A program made the translations under genes and the position numbers. Shown piece after piece: positions 1-9,691 of a DNA stretch of 64,000 bases. The stretch spans positions 1-64,000 of the IMG/VR virus record IMGVR_UViG_3300031884_000002, one strand, 5' to 3'. The notes below the pieces were generated by a model that saw only the letters and a list, made by a program, of their open reading frames with translations, ran no database searches and was not told the origin of the DNA. Position 1 is the first letter of the stretch. The number at the start of each line of letters is the position of its first letter.

Positions 1-425
1 CTTAAATCCATATATTCATTCAACCATTGAAATGATATTCCTTCAGTTGCCAAAAATGGAATCATACTATGTAATCTAACATACCAATTTACATTCGGAT
101 GTAATTTGGATAATTCTTTAAATTTTTCAGGTACTACCCATAATGCTTCAATAAAGCAATGAGTTGGTTTATAATTAAAAACTTCACGGTCAATATCATT
201 ATTATCAATGACTTGAATCACCTTTACTTCAATGTTATTTTCTCTTAATACATTGGCGACAAACTCACAAGAATTAACCAGACCATAAGATACTGATTTG
301 GTTCCATAGATGTTTCTTTCTTTTATAATAAACAGTATTCTTATAGATTTTTTTATATCTTTATCAGTAGAAGAACTTTGTTTTTTAAAAAATGTTACAA
401 TCGGATTTAAAATTGATTTTTGCAT
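1..425 (-). CDS. Partial ORF running off the window edge; glycosyltransferase-like N-terminal domain
   Basis: Manual translation from ATG at 425-423: MQKSILNPIV...VIQVIDNNDIDREVFNYKPTHCFIEALWVVPEKF...WYVRLHSMIPFLATEG, open to base 1. Resembles phage glycosyltransferase N-domains (by eye). Confidence 0.45.
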   Translation of the reverse strand, partial: MQKSILNPIVTFFKKQSSSTDKDIKKSIRILFIIKERNIYGTKSVSYGLVNSCEFVANVLRENNIEVKVIQVIDNNDIDREVFNYKPTHCFIEALWVVPEKFKELSKLHPNVNWYVRLHSMIPFLATEGISFQWLNEYMDL

Positions 426-485
426 ACGTTTATAAATAGGAAAATATTTATAAAACATTGTTACAATTTGATTAAACATAATAAA

Positions 486-563
486 TGGGGTGTTTAGCCG
501 GAATTGAACCGTGCTCTTTTAATTTCACAAATTAAAGTGCAAAACCTTTACACTATAAACACC
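486..563 (-). tRNA. trnH: tRNA-His(GUG) with encoded G-1 and CCA
   Basis: Anticodon arm TTTAA-TT GTG AA-TTAAA region, T loop GGTTCAATTCC, G-1 opposite C73 (His identity), CCA end. Confidence 0.9.
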
Positions 564-569
564 ATTAAA

Positions 570-1118
570 TATAGTTTTTATTCTGCTGCCCCAGATATTT
601 TACTGTTACACTACAAGAACTATTAACTTGATTGGATTTGCACCAATAACTCATGGACGTGATTGTTTTTACGTTTGCAGATTGTATCGTTTAACGCTAC
701 GTTGTGCAACTTAAAAATTGGCATACATAAAAGTTTACATCACTTTACCTCGTACATATGATACGATGACCTATGTTAGTCGATATGTATATTAAATCGT
801 TGATTCGTCAGACTGGTTCAACGAGAAAACCCTTGATATCTTACTTACCACTGGTAAGGAAGTCTGCATTACGCCGAGATACTGCCTCCCGCTTTCCAGA
901 TTTGGAGTTTGGATTGTTCCTTGAACTGCGTAATATTAAAATGCCTTGTTTGCTATTACGATTCCAGTATGAAAGGCTAATCAACCGTCTAAAGTTTAAT
1001 GGTTCATTTGTAGCATTAAAATTATACCTATCAATGAATATTACTCTCGATAGGATTAGTATTTTGATTGTCGGGAAACGTAATGTCCACCGAATAGGTC
1101 TTCACCTAGAAGATTATA
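570..1118 (-). ncRNA. Candidate large structured RNA(s) between two tRNA genes
   Basis: About 550 nt with no credible ORF, many hairpins and a T-arm-like ATTGG-TGCAAAT-CCAAT on the minus strand. Confidence 0.35.
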
Positions 1119-1120
1119 AA

Positions 1121-1208
1121 TGGTGCGGACAACGAGATTCGAACTCGTGATGGATCAATGATCTATGGATTAAAAGTCCATTGGTTTCGGCCACTTACCT
1201 ACATCCGC
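1121..1208 (-). tRNA. tRNA with UUU (Lys) anticodon on a long-variable-arm (Leu-like, type II) body
   Basis: GCGGATG/TGTCCGC acceptor, A73, CCA; anticodon arm ATGGA-CT TTT AA-TCCAT; variable arm GATC-ATT-GATC; T arm ACGAG-TTCGAAT-CTCGT. Confidence 0.85.
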
Positions 1209-1209
1209 A

Positions 1210-1364
1210 TTAAAATTATTACACTTAACACAACTTTCGCCTTGTCACCTGTCAGATTCGTCATCTGGGTCGATGATAGACCGATCTCCGTTTTTGTCAC
1301 ACTTGGGTTCCGCTTGGATAGAGTTCTGCTTTAACCCAACTCTAACTTACAAATTCTTTATTAC
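1210..1364 (-). ncRNA. Candidate structured RNA with H-type pseudoknot, upstream of the tRNA cluster
   Basis: Minus strand AGAGTT..AACTCT interleaved with GGGTT..AACCC, plus hairpins GGTC/GACC and CAGAT/ATCTG. Starts just after the promoter at 1371-1398. Confidence 0.35.
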
Positions 1365-1370
1365 TTAACT

Positions 1371-1398
1371 ATCTTACCACACTTTTTACATTTGTCAA
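1371..1398 (-). promoter_or_regulatory. Sigma70-type promoter for the RNA-gene cluster
   Basis: TTGACA-N16-TAAGAT on the minus strand. Confidence 0.6.
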
Positions 1399-1400
1399 AC

Positions 1401-1429
1401 AAAAAACCGACCTTATTTTCTGGTCGGTT
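1401..1429 (-). terminator. Intrinsic terminator
   Basis: AACCGACC-loop-GGTCGGTT hairpin followed by a U-tract on the minus strand. Confidence 0.55.
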
Positions 1430-1647
1430 GGTTCATTTTTACTTTTCCCTTACACTTTCCCTTTATGAACCAACCTTTCTCTTATCTTCCGCTCCTAACA
1501 CTGCAACTGTACTTTGATTATTATATGAATGTACAGTGAGACACATCCCTTTATTCGAGGGGCGGCTAAACCATTTAATTTTATTTACTGTATTCATTCT
1601 ATTTTATACATATAAGCGACTTTTAAATTATTCGCAAATATTTTCAT

Positions 1648-1953
1648 TTATTTTTTCGTCTCAACTTTCAACATCATATCAGATTTTATATTTTTGTCAA
1701 GTTCTTTTTTAAATCTTCCGTTTTTATCTCTTCTGGTTGACGTATTCAACATATTTAATACTTTATAAACGGCATCACTATAATTCCCATTCAATGGAAT
1801 TGTAAATGCTCTTTCATTGGACCATAACTGCAATTGTAATGTTCCATAATCATCTTTATAAATTGAATGATGACCTCTAAAACCACTATGCATTGTAGAA
1901 TATGGAAATTCGTTTTCCAATTTCGTTAAAAACTCGTTTATTTCATTTAACAT
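1648..1953 (-). CDS. Hypothetical protein with RDxxGRF motif
   Basis: ORF track; own promoter TTGACA-N17-TATGAT directly upstream. Confidence 0.7.
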   Translation of the reverse strand: MLNEINEFLTKLENEFPYSTMHSGFRGHHSIYKDDYGTLQLQLWSNERAFTIPLNGNYSDAVYKVLNMLNTSTRRDKNGRFKKELDKNIKSDMMLKVETKK

Positions 1954-2075
1954 GCCAACATCATATCAGAAATTTAAAAATTGTCAATAAAAAATATTTT
2001 CAATTTTATCATATTTTTAATCATCTTGCTACTATTTATATATAACATAAACAAATAAAGTAGCAAAATGATATT

Positions 2076-2756
2076 ATGAAATGGACTTCTGAAGACGATA
2101 ATGTTCTAATAAACGGAACAAACAAACCAATTACTCAACTTATGGCACAACTTGGACGAGATAGAAATTCCGTTCGACAACGTATTTTAAAATTGAAAAA
2201 GAAAGGATTTGTTATAAATCCTATTATTAAAAAGGGAAAATGGAGTGATGAAGAAATAAGAATATTTAATGAAAACATTGAAATAAAAACTATGAATGAA
2301 TTATGTGAATTGCTCCCGCATCGAAGTAAATTGTCTATTAAAACGAGAAGTCATAGATTAAAAAAATATGCTATTAAACAAAATGTTAGAGGTAATAAAT
2401 CATTTAATTTTAAAGGATATAAAGAAATAAGTGCTCATAAATTCAATAGTTATAAATCAAATGCCAAGAAGAGAAATATAGAATTTTCTGTTACTATTGA
2501 ATATTTGTGGGAATTATTAGAAAAACAAAATTTTAAATGTGCTATATCAGGTCTTCCACTTACAATATCATCTGAACGAATGTTATTTACTGCCTCTCCT
2601 GATAGGATAGATAATAATTTAGGATATATAAAGGGAAATATTCAATGGGTTCATAAAAATGTTAATTTTTCTAAACATACATTATCAATGAAAGATTTTA
2701 TAACTTTATGTAAAACTATTGCAGAAAAATGGAGTAATATAAATTGTTATAATTAA
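2076..2756 (+). CDS. Homing endonuclease-like protein: Myb/SANT-like HTH repeats plus His-Me (HNH-like) domain
   Basis: KWTSEDD/KWSDEE repeats; C-terminal CAISG...SPDRIDNNLGYIKGNIQWV. Confidence 0.8.
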   Translation: MKWTSEDDNVLINGTNKPITQLMAQLGRDRNSVRQRILKLKKKGFVINPIIKKGKWSDEEIRIFNENIEIKTMNELCELLPHRSKLSIKTRSHRLKKYAIKQNVRGNKSFNFKGYKEISAHKFNSYKSNAKKRNIEFSVTIEYLWELLEKQNFKCAISGLPLTISSERMLFTASPDRIDNNLGYIKGNIQWVHKNVNFSKHTLSMKDFITLCKTIAEKWSNINCYN

Positions 2757-2759
2757 ATA

Positions 2760-4034
2760 TCAATTTAAACTTTGTTCTGGTTGTTTTTCAAATAATTCAG
2801 TTTTAATAACGTTTATACGCTTAATTATAAAGTCCGATGCCTTTTTAATTATATCAAGGTTACGTTTAATGGAGGTAGAATTACTCTTCCATAAACTTAA
2901 ATACACCGCATGATGTTCTACGGGAAGATTATAATATTTTAATACAACATAGGAAACTGATTCGGCTTGAAGTTCTCTTATTTCTCTGCTTAAATCATTA
3001 CTATCTTCATCATCTCCAATATAAGATTTGAATTGTCCTCGGGAATGTAATAATTCATGTGCTATTTCATGTATAAATGTAGAAGCTTTTGCCGCACCTG
3101 CAATATCACTGGATAGGTTAATATGACCTCCAGCACTAAATCCTTTTTCTCCTCTGGTTGCATCTACATTAGTTACTTTAATTCCCATTTCACTACATAT
3201 TTGTTCGGCACATAAACATATTTCATCGGCTAATTCGCTGGCATCATTTTTTCCATGCCATTGTAATTTATCTGGAATTGCTCCTTGTTCGTCAATTGGT
3301 TCCGTATCGGAAATATCAAATACACTAACTGCCATAAATCTAACAAATTGACGTTGTTTTGTGCCAGCATCAACATCGGCTTCATCTCCACCCGATGTAG
3401 CAGTTGCATTGGGAACTTCTTCTTTTCTTTTAATAGGTGCCAAGATAGTTATACTTTTTGCTCCTTTTTTAACACGTCTATGAAACTTTTCTTCCCATTG
3501 TTTAAATCCGGCAACGTGGGTAGCATCACGTCTTTGTAAATAAATTAACATGGTATTATAAAAACTATATCCATGAAATTTAGCATAAAACTCCAAGAAT
3601 TGTTTTACTTTTGCTGATTGAGTAGTAGCATCAACTGCCAAACTTAATTCATCAACATATTTTTCAATCTGCTGTCCCAATTCATCTTTACGGGATAAAT
3701 TATCGGTATTTTCTAAAAACTCAGGTATTTCCTCTATTTTATCGATAAACTTCTCGATTGGTTTTTTATTTATAATTCCTAATACTTCTTGGGCATGTTG
3801 CAATCTGTTAGCATCTATAGCCCATGAGTTTAATGTTGGATTCCATTTAAATCCTCTTGTTTTCAAGGCATCTTTATTACGAAAAGTTTCAGCACTTTGT
3901 CCTTTTCTATCGGGGGCATCGGATACGGCTACTAGTTTATCACCGGCACGTTTTAGAAGAAGTCCTTCAAATAAAATATAATCATTTAATTTGAATTGAT
4001 TGTTATTTTCGAGTATAAATAGTTTTGGAGTCAT
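2760..4034 (-). CDS. ArdC-like antirestriction/ssDNA-binding protein with zincin metallopeptidase domain
   Basis: FHGYSFYNTMLIYLQ...VAGFKQW...VKKGAKSITILAP (ArdC N-domain); HEIAH motif and ELQAESVSY. Confidence 0.8.
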   Translation of the reverse strand: MTPKLFILENNNQFKLNDYILFEGLLLKRAGDKLVAVSDAPDRKGQSAETFRNKDALKTRGFKWNPTLNSWAIDANRLQHAQEVLGIINKKPIEKFIDKIEEIPEFLENTDNLSRKDELGQQIEKYVDELSLAVDATTQSAKVKQFLEFYAKFHGYSFYNTMLIYLQRRDATHVAGFKQWEEKFHRRVKKGAKSITILAPIKRKEEVPNATATSGGDEADVDAGTKQRQFVRFMAVSVFDISDTEPIDEQGAIPDKLQWHGKNDASELADEICLCAEQICSEMGIKVTNVDATRGEKGFSAGGHINLSSDIAGAAKASTFIHEIAHELLHSRGQFKSYIGDDEDSNDLSREIRELQAESVSYVVLKYYNLPVEHHAVYLSLWKSNSTSIKRNLDIIKKASDFIIKRINVIKTELFEKQPEQSLN

Positions 4035-4081
4035 AATATAACATATAAATATATTATAATGAGATTAAAATAGAATATTTA

Positions 4082-4158
4082 TGGAGCCATAATTCAGATT
4101 TGAACTGAAATATTTAGTTTACGAAACTAAAGTATTAACCAAATTATACGATTATGGC
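4082..4158 (-). tRNA. trnT: tRNA-Thr(CGU)
   Basis: GCCATAA/TTATGGC acceptor; TTAGT-TT CGT AA-ACTAA; T loop TTCAAAT; CCA. Confidence 0.9.
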
Positions 4159-4315
4159 AATATATCTATAAATACTATTCCGATGACAATTTTCTCATAG
4201 TTTTACACTCTGGATGGTCTCCCAATGATTGAAATTCGTGTTTATCGGTATATCCAGCCGATTTACATTTACAAAATTGTTTGCTAAATGATTTCATATT
4301 TTCATAATATTATTT

Positions 4316-5195
4316 TTAATACGACCACTGACTAGTAAAACTTATTCCAAATCCAAATAATTGAAATATTATTGATTCATATCCATATGCTCGTTGATAG
4401 GATATTCGGGTATTAAAATCTAATGTAGTTGTTGTATTTCCTTCACCATCTTCATATTTATATATAAATGTAGGAATCCAAATACCAACACAATAATAAT
4501 CAAAATCACTATTTTCCCATCCTATTGCAATATTATAAATAATCCATCTTAACCATTTATTTTTATAATAACTATTGGTATTTGTTTTTAATTTCTTACG
4601 AACCGACTCATAAATCGTCATAAATATTTTGTTTTTAATTGTTCCAATTTATCGGAAGCATCTTCAATAATTTCGGAAAATTTATCAGTTAATTCAAATG
4701 TAGTATCTTCTTTTGATTCTGCTCTTCCTATATCAAATGAAGTGTTACACATATCATCTATTTTCAAATTATTAACAAAATGATTAACTATTTTTTTGGT
4801 AAATAGTTTCCATTGTTCTCTTTCTGAGAATGATAGTGTATTTACATCTGGATAAAATTGATATAGTTCAGACCATAATGATTCAAATTGAGCCGGAACT
4901 TTATTTAAAATGTCGGCAATATCATCCATATATTTTATTTCATTTTTCATAATTACCCAGCATCATATAATCTATCACCATTATCATCGTGTTTAGGTTC
5001 TACCATATCATTCAATGAAATATCCCATTTGAACTTTGGTTTATAATCACCATCGCCATCACAATATAGAGATACGATACGAGAACCTCCCAATCCTCCT
5101 AATTGTTGCATATATTTTAACATAGCAAGAAAATGAGGTATCCATCTTTCGGACATTTCACATTCAATAGTAAACTTTTTATTTTGGTATTTCAT
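4316..5195 (-). CDS. Three small co-oriented hypothetical proteins (4316-4621, 4618-4950, 4953-5195)
   Basis: ORF track; abutting or overlapping start/stop codons. Confidence 0.7.
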
Positions 5196-6063
5196 TTGTA
5201 TCGGGATTATATTTTATTGCTTCATAAAATTTTTTAATTAAAACTATTATTTCTTCAGGTAAATACGAACATGCAGTTTCGACTAATTCTTTGGATATAG
5301 ATTCCGTTCCATAATATGCTTCGGCAATAGCTCCAGCAATTGCGGCATTAGTATCTGTATCACCTCCGATATATATAGCATTTCTAATTGCAGATTCGTA
5401 ATTATTAGATTCCATAAATGCAATTAATGCTTGTGGTGCAGTAACATTACATCGAATAGTTGTCTTTGGTTGTTTTCTGGCTTCGTCTAATGTAATATTG
5501 AGCATATGACCGTAATTCTCTTGAATATAATCTGCAATTTCCATTTTATCATATCCATTTTTTGCCATATGGATTGCAGTAACAATAGATTTTACCCCTC
5601 TGATAGATTCGGGAGAGTTATGCGTATATTTAATACTTTCTTCTGCATTTTCCAATGCAGTTTCTATATTAGAATCACTATAATACATTCCGATAGGACT
5701 ACACCGCATCATTGCTCCATTGGCATAACTATTATTAATTTGTAAAACTTTACTCGAATCTGCCAACCATTTTTTAAACCCGCTTCCATATCCTCTATCG
5801 GGATATTTAGTTCCCCATTTATAATAACTATCAGAATATTTGATTGGAGTAGGAACCCTAAATCCAAAAAAATGAACTGGATGATTTATTATTGCTTCTG
5901 CGGTGGCACAAGTCAATACTGTATCATCGGTAAATCTACATTGGGGAGTAAATAACCTAAAGTTTTTATTTTGAACTGGTCGTTTTGGATATTTGGGCGA
6001 CGATTCGTGCCTACTTCCTATTATGTCTCCGATTATTGCGCCGAGCATAGAACTCCTTCCCAC
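5179..6063 (-). CDS. ADP-ribosylglycohydrolase (DraG/ARH family)
   Basis: GAIIGDIIGS, TDDT, NGAMMR, GGDTDTNAAIAG motifs; true start probably at MLGAIIG. Confidence 0.92.
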   Translation of the reverse strand: MGRSSMLGAIIGDIIGSRHESSPKYPKRPVQNKNFRLFTPQCRFTDDTVLTCATAEAIINHPVHFFGFRVPTPIKYSDSYYKWGTKYPDRGYGSGFKKWLADSSKVLQINNSYANGAMMRCSPIGMYYSDSNIETALENAEESIKYTHNSPESIRGVKSIVTAIHMAKNGYDKMEIADYIQENYGHMLNITLDEARKQPKTTIRCNVTAPQALIAFMESNNYESAIRNAIYIGGDTDTNAAIAGAIAEAYYGTESISKELVETACSYLPEEIIVLIKKFYEAIKYNPDTNEIPK

Positions 6064-6269
6064 TTTCTTAATTGTTGTCTGTATATTTTTCTCATTCGTT
6101 TCCTACAGCAGTTCTTTGGAAATCTACAACGTATAATTAAATAATTTGCAGTTGACGTATTGGTTTTTTCATATATTTCGTTGGCTACCTTTTGTATTTT
6201 TTCACAGAGAGTCATACTTTATTCTCCTTTGATATCTTAATACAATCTTCCAATAATGCTAATTGTTTT

Positions 6270-6821
6270 TCATATCTTAATACTTCGTTTTGCTGCCTCG
6301 ATTAAATCATATTCTTTACTATTTACCAATAGTTTAAACCCTACTAATTTAGATTTAGGAGACCATTCTTTAATTCTGTTAATTAACTTTGGAAGTTGTT
6401 TTAATTTGATATTAAACATATCATTACTACGGAGTTTTCCATTGAAATAATTTTCAACTCCATAATCACTTACTGCTGCCGCCAGAACTATAACATCGGG
6501 CTGTTCCACTCCAATAATAAACTTTAAACCGTCAGAATATTGGTCGTAAGTGGAATAATCATATTCAGTGTAATGTTCTATATATTTAGAAGTTTTATTA
6601 TACCATTCAGCAAAACGTTCAATATCATATCCAGTCATCACATTGATATTTGTTGACATTGGAGTTTTAGAATCTTTAGATTTATAAAATACCAATTCAT
6701 GTCCCAGTTTCAATAATTCAGTTCCAATTTTAGAACCGAATGTTCCAGAACTCATATTGGTTATTCTACGAACGGAATCTATTGGGACTACTGTTCCGCC
6801 ACTGGTCAAAAGTATTTTCAT
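6270..6821 (-). CDS. CoaB-like phosphopantothenate-cysteine ligase domain, probably C-terminally truncated
   Basis: ILLTSGGTVVPIDSVRRITNMSSGTFG, LAAAVSDY, LVGFKLL; lacks the usual distal D-x-V-V-A-N segment. Confidence 0.75.
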   Translation of the reverse strand: MKILLTSGGTVVPIDSVRRITNMSSGTFGSKIGTELLKLGHELVFYKSKDSKTPMSTNINVMTGYDIERFAEWYNKTSKYIEHYTEYDYSTYDQYSDGLKFIIGVEQPDVIVLAAAVSDYGVENYFNGKLRSNDMFNIKLKQLPKLINRIKEWSPKSKLVGFKLLVNSKEYDLIEAAKRSIKI

Positions 6822-6825
6822 ATGT

Positions 6826-7194
6826 TTATGAAGTTATTTCAGTAAGCCAATTATCTGAAAAATATCCAATTTCGTTTTTATTATTATAATTTTTAATGAA
6901 AAATAAAACAATAAAATCAGTTGAGTCGATATGACAAGAATGTATAAATCTCCCAATTTCCATTCCAATTAGATTTTTAAACTGTCCTATACTACGAACT
7001 CTCCAGAACTTTGTATTTTTATTATGTAAAAATCCAAATGTATCTAATCTAGATTTAACTTCTGGTAACGTTTCGAGTTTTAATTCTGGTTTCCAACCTT
7101 TGGGCCAAGTTTTAACTATATCTTCGGCACAATCTACACAAAATAAAAAGTCATTGGGAACTTCATTATTGCACATTCTACATATATTTTTCAT
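6826..7194 (-). CDS. Hypothetical protein with N-terminal CxxC...CxxC
   Basis: ORF track. Confidence 0.65.
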   Translation of the reverse strand: MKNICRMCNNEVPNDFLFCVDCAEDIVKTWPKGWKPELKLETLPEVKSRLDTFGFLHNKNTKFWRVRSIGQFKNLIGMEIGRFIHSCHIDSTDFIVLFFIKNYNNKNEIGYFSDNWLTEITS

Positions 7195-7200
7195 AATTTT

Positions 7201-8525
7201 TGGAGGAAGGAAACCACGACGGCTTTAGCCTCGTGGAGGAATTCCGACCATTCTCAATATTAACACACCACCCATCAAATGTCAACCAAAAATATCTTCA
7301 CTGTATGAAAGATTTTTTGTGTTTTGGGATTCTCACGTGTATTTATATGTAGATGAGTAAATTAACATACAACACCAAGTTGATATTCACGGACGATAAT
7401 GATAAATCAAATATCATTAAAATGCTTGACTCCCAACTGTTTGTGTGGAATGAATGCTCAAAAATCCAATTTACTCTACCGAAAAACTCCATCATTGATT
7501 TACATTCTAAATTTTATAAGTCATTCCGAGAAAATAACCCAACCATTCCATCCCAAGTAGTAATTTCCGCAGAACAGTCCGTATTATCTACATTTAGGAC
7601 AATTAAATCAAATAAACAAAAAATAAAAAATCCACCAATTAAAAAGAATTTGTCAATTCGTCTTGATAAAAGAACATACTCCTATAAAAATGGAACATTT
7701 AGTTTGATTAGTTTGGGAAAACGAGTTAAATGTCAACCATACATATTCCCTAAATTACGAGAATTAATGTCTAAATATGCCTTTTGTGACCCATTGCTTT
7801 TTGTTCATAATAACGATATTTACATTGCTTTAACTTTTACCATTTCCGAAGTTAAATCTCAAAACAAATTAGCGATTGGAGTTGATTTGGGATGTGTGAA
7901 TTTAGCGGCAACAAGTGAAGGTAAATTGTATAAATGCGCATCATTTAATGCTAGAAAGAGACAATTACGACATCTCAAATCGGCATTAAAATCTAAAGGG
8001 ACGAAATCATCCCGAACCCATTTAAATAAATTACGACATAAAGAGCATAACGTAAACAAGAATATGTCTCATAATTTGGCAAATAGAATCATCCAAGACA
8101 CGACTGCCGATGTTATTGTCTTAGAGAATCTTAAATCATTAAAAGTTAAGAAGCATAAGTATCAGAATAAAAATAGAATTTCTCAAATTCCAATGTTTGA
8201 ATTGAGAAGAATAATTACCTATAAGGCACTCTTAAATGAGAAAACGGTTATCGTAGTAAATCCATCATACACAAGTCAAATTGACCATCGAACTGGAAAA
8301 CTCGACGGTCAAAGAATTGGTGGCAGGTATATCGGAAAAGATGGTCAAATATTACATGCGGATATTAATGCGGCTTGTAATATAGGACTTCGTTCCAAAC
8401 TCCCATGCTCAATAAATAATTATTATGCGTGGCAGGTGAAAGTCAACTCACCAATCGTATGTAAACCTTCTGCTAGTCGGGAAGTATTACAAGCACCTAT
8501 CCCTTTAGGGTAGGTGTTGTTTGAC
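7201..8525 (+). mobile_element. IS200/IS605-family tnpB-only element (IS1341-like); left boundary approximate (7200-7212)
   Basis: Left-end hairpin CCACGA-CGGCTTTAGCC-TCGTGG; right-end hairpin CACCTATCCC-TTTA-GGGTAGGTG followed by TTGTTTGAC; no tnpA. Confidence 0.8.
7353..8513 (+). CDS. tnpB: TnpB RNA-guided nuclease
   Basis: RuvC motifs GVDLG, VLENL, HADINAACNI; YTSQ motif without the usual CxxC zinc finger. Confidence 0.9.
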   Translation: MSKLTYNTKLIFTDDNDKSNIIKMLDSQLFVWNECSKIQFTLPKNSIIDLHSKFYKSFRENNPTIPSQVVISAEQSVLSTFRTIKSNKQKIKNPPIKKNLSIRLDKRTYSYKNGTFSLISLGKRVKCQPYIFPKLRELMSKYAFCDPLLFVHNNDIYIALTFTISEVKSQNKLAIGVDLGCVNLAATSEGKLYKCASFNARKRQLRHLKSALKSKGTKSSRTHLNKLRHKEHNVNKNMSHNLANRIIQDTTADVIVLENLKSLKVKKHKYQNKNRISQIPMFELRRIITYKALLNEKTVIVVNPSYTSQIDHRTGKLDGQRIGGRYIGKDGQILHADINAACNIGLRSKLPCSINNYYAWQVKVNSPIVCKPSASREVLQAPIPLG

Positions 8526-9689
8526 TGTAGTTAATACGTCTTTAACTACATCTTTATTATATGATGCTTCTTTTTTCTGTCTTGTTGGAATCTCTGGTAA
8601 TGGCTGGTCGAGCACTCCTTCCATTGGTTGACAATATTTAATCCATTTCGTAGGCACTGGACTAATAATGCCAATCATTCCACCAACAATAGCACAATTT
8701 GTATCAACATCACCAGAACATTGACAGACTTCAATGATTGCCTTTTCATACATTTCATCGATTGGATATTTTCTCAATGCTTTAATGGTTAAAAATACAC
8801 ATAGAGGAACGGTATCTTGGCAAGTAACATGAGTTCCATTTCCTAATACTTCAATTAGTTTTGCCAATGGAGTCCCAATGGATAATTTAGATGCTTTTTC
8901 AATTCCATTCCACACTTCTCCTTTGGGAACAAAGCTCAATAATGATTTATAATGGATTTCAGAATCTATTGTTAAATTTGGATTTACTTTCATCAGTTCA
9001 ACCATAGAAGCAATAAAGTTTGATAATAATGCTATTGCAATAGCCCCAGCAACTCCTTCAGGGTGACTGTGAGTTGGTTCGGCGGATAATGTGGCTTGTT
9101 TAATAACATCAGTTATTGGACTTCCATAGTAATAAGCACCCAATGGAGGAATACGCATAACCGAACCATTTCCACATGAACCTACTAATTGTTGGTCGAT
9201 TGGTTTATTACCCGATAAACTTTTCAAAGCCGCCAAACTTTCTTTTACTGATTTTCCAGCGGCAAGACCGGCAATAACATTATCGGTTGAAGACATTCCT
9301 TCACTTTTTTTAAATGTTAAATTGGCTTCTCTCCAAGGTTTTCCTTCATATATATCTTTTAATACCTTACGAGTCATCAACCCATATCCCATATATTCTC
9401 CCCCATCTTGATGATACATAAATCGTTTGGAGAACTCCATTGCCAAATCATCTTGTAATATTTCTTTATTTTTAAGAATATGATTAAATAATACAATTGC
9501 TTCATCCGTATCATCAGAATATTGAAAAGAGGCTCCTCGTGAATCGATATTATTTATTCCAAACTTAGATATTCCTTCATCGAATGCTTTTAGAATATCG
9601 GTTACATTATAAAGTTGCCCCATATTTCCAATACAGTCGCCAACCCATAATCCTATTAATGATTTTAATGCTAATTCTTCGTTATTCAT
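8505..9689 (-). CDS. ADP-ribosylglycohydrolase (second paralogue)
   Basis: GDCIG, YSDDT, GNGSVMR, HPEG, GDVDTNCAIVG; its last codons lie inside the IS right end. Confidence 0.9.
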   Translation of the reverse strand: MNNEELALKSLIGLWVGDCIGNMGQLYNVTDILKAFDEGISKFGINNIDSRGASFQYSDDTDEAIVLFNHILKNKEILQDDLAMEFSKRFMYHQDGGEYMGYGLMTRKVLKDIYEGKPWREANLTFKKSEGMSSTDNVIAGLAAGKSVKESLAALKSLSGNKPIDQQLVGSCGNGSVMRIPPLGAYYYGSPITDVIKQATLSAEPTHSHPEGVAGAIAIALLSNFIASMVELMKVNPNLTIDSEIHYKSLLSFVPKGEVWNGIEKASKLSIGTPLAKLIEVLGNGTHVTCQDTVPLCVFLTIKALRKYPIDEMYEKAIIEVCQCSGDVDTNCAIVGGMIGIISPVPTKWIKYCQPMEGVLDQPLPEIPTRQKKEASYNKDVVKDVLTTVKQHLP

Positions 9690-9691
9690 AA

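Noticed and set aside
570-1118. RNase P RNA
   Set aside because: The conserved P4 motifs (GGAAAGTCC; AACAGAANNCGGCTTA) were not found on either strand.
773-1150. 125-aa plus-strand ORF
   Set aside because: It is antisense to a tRNA and a structured RNA region, with no promoter or motif; likely spurious.
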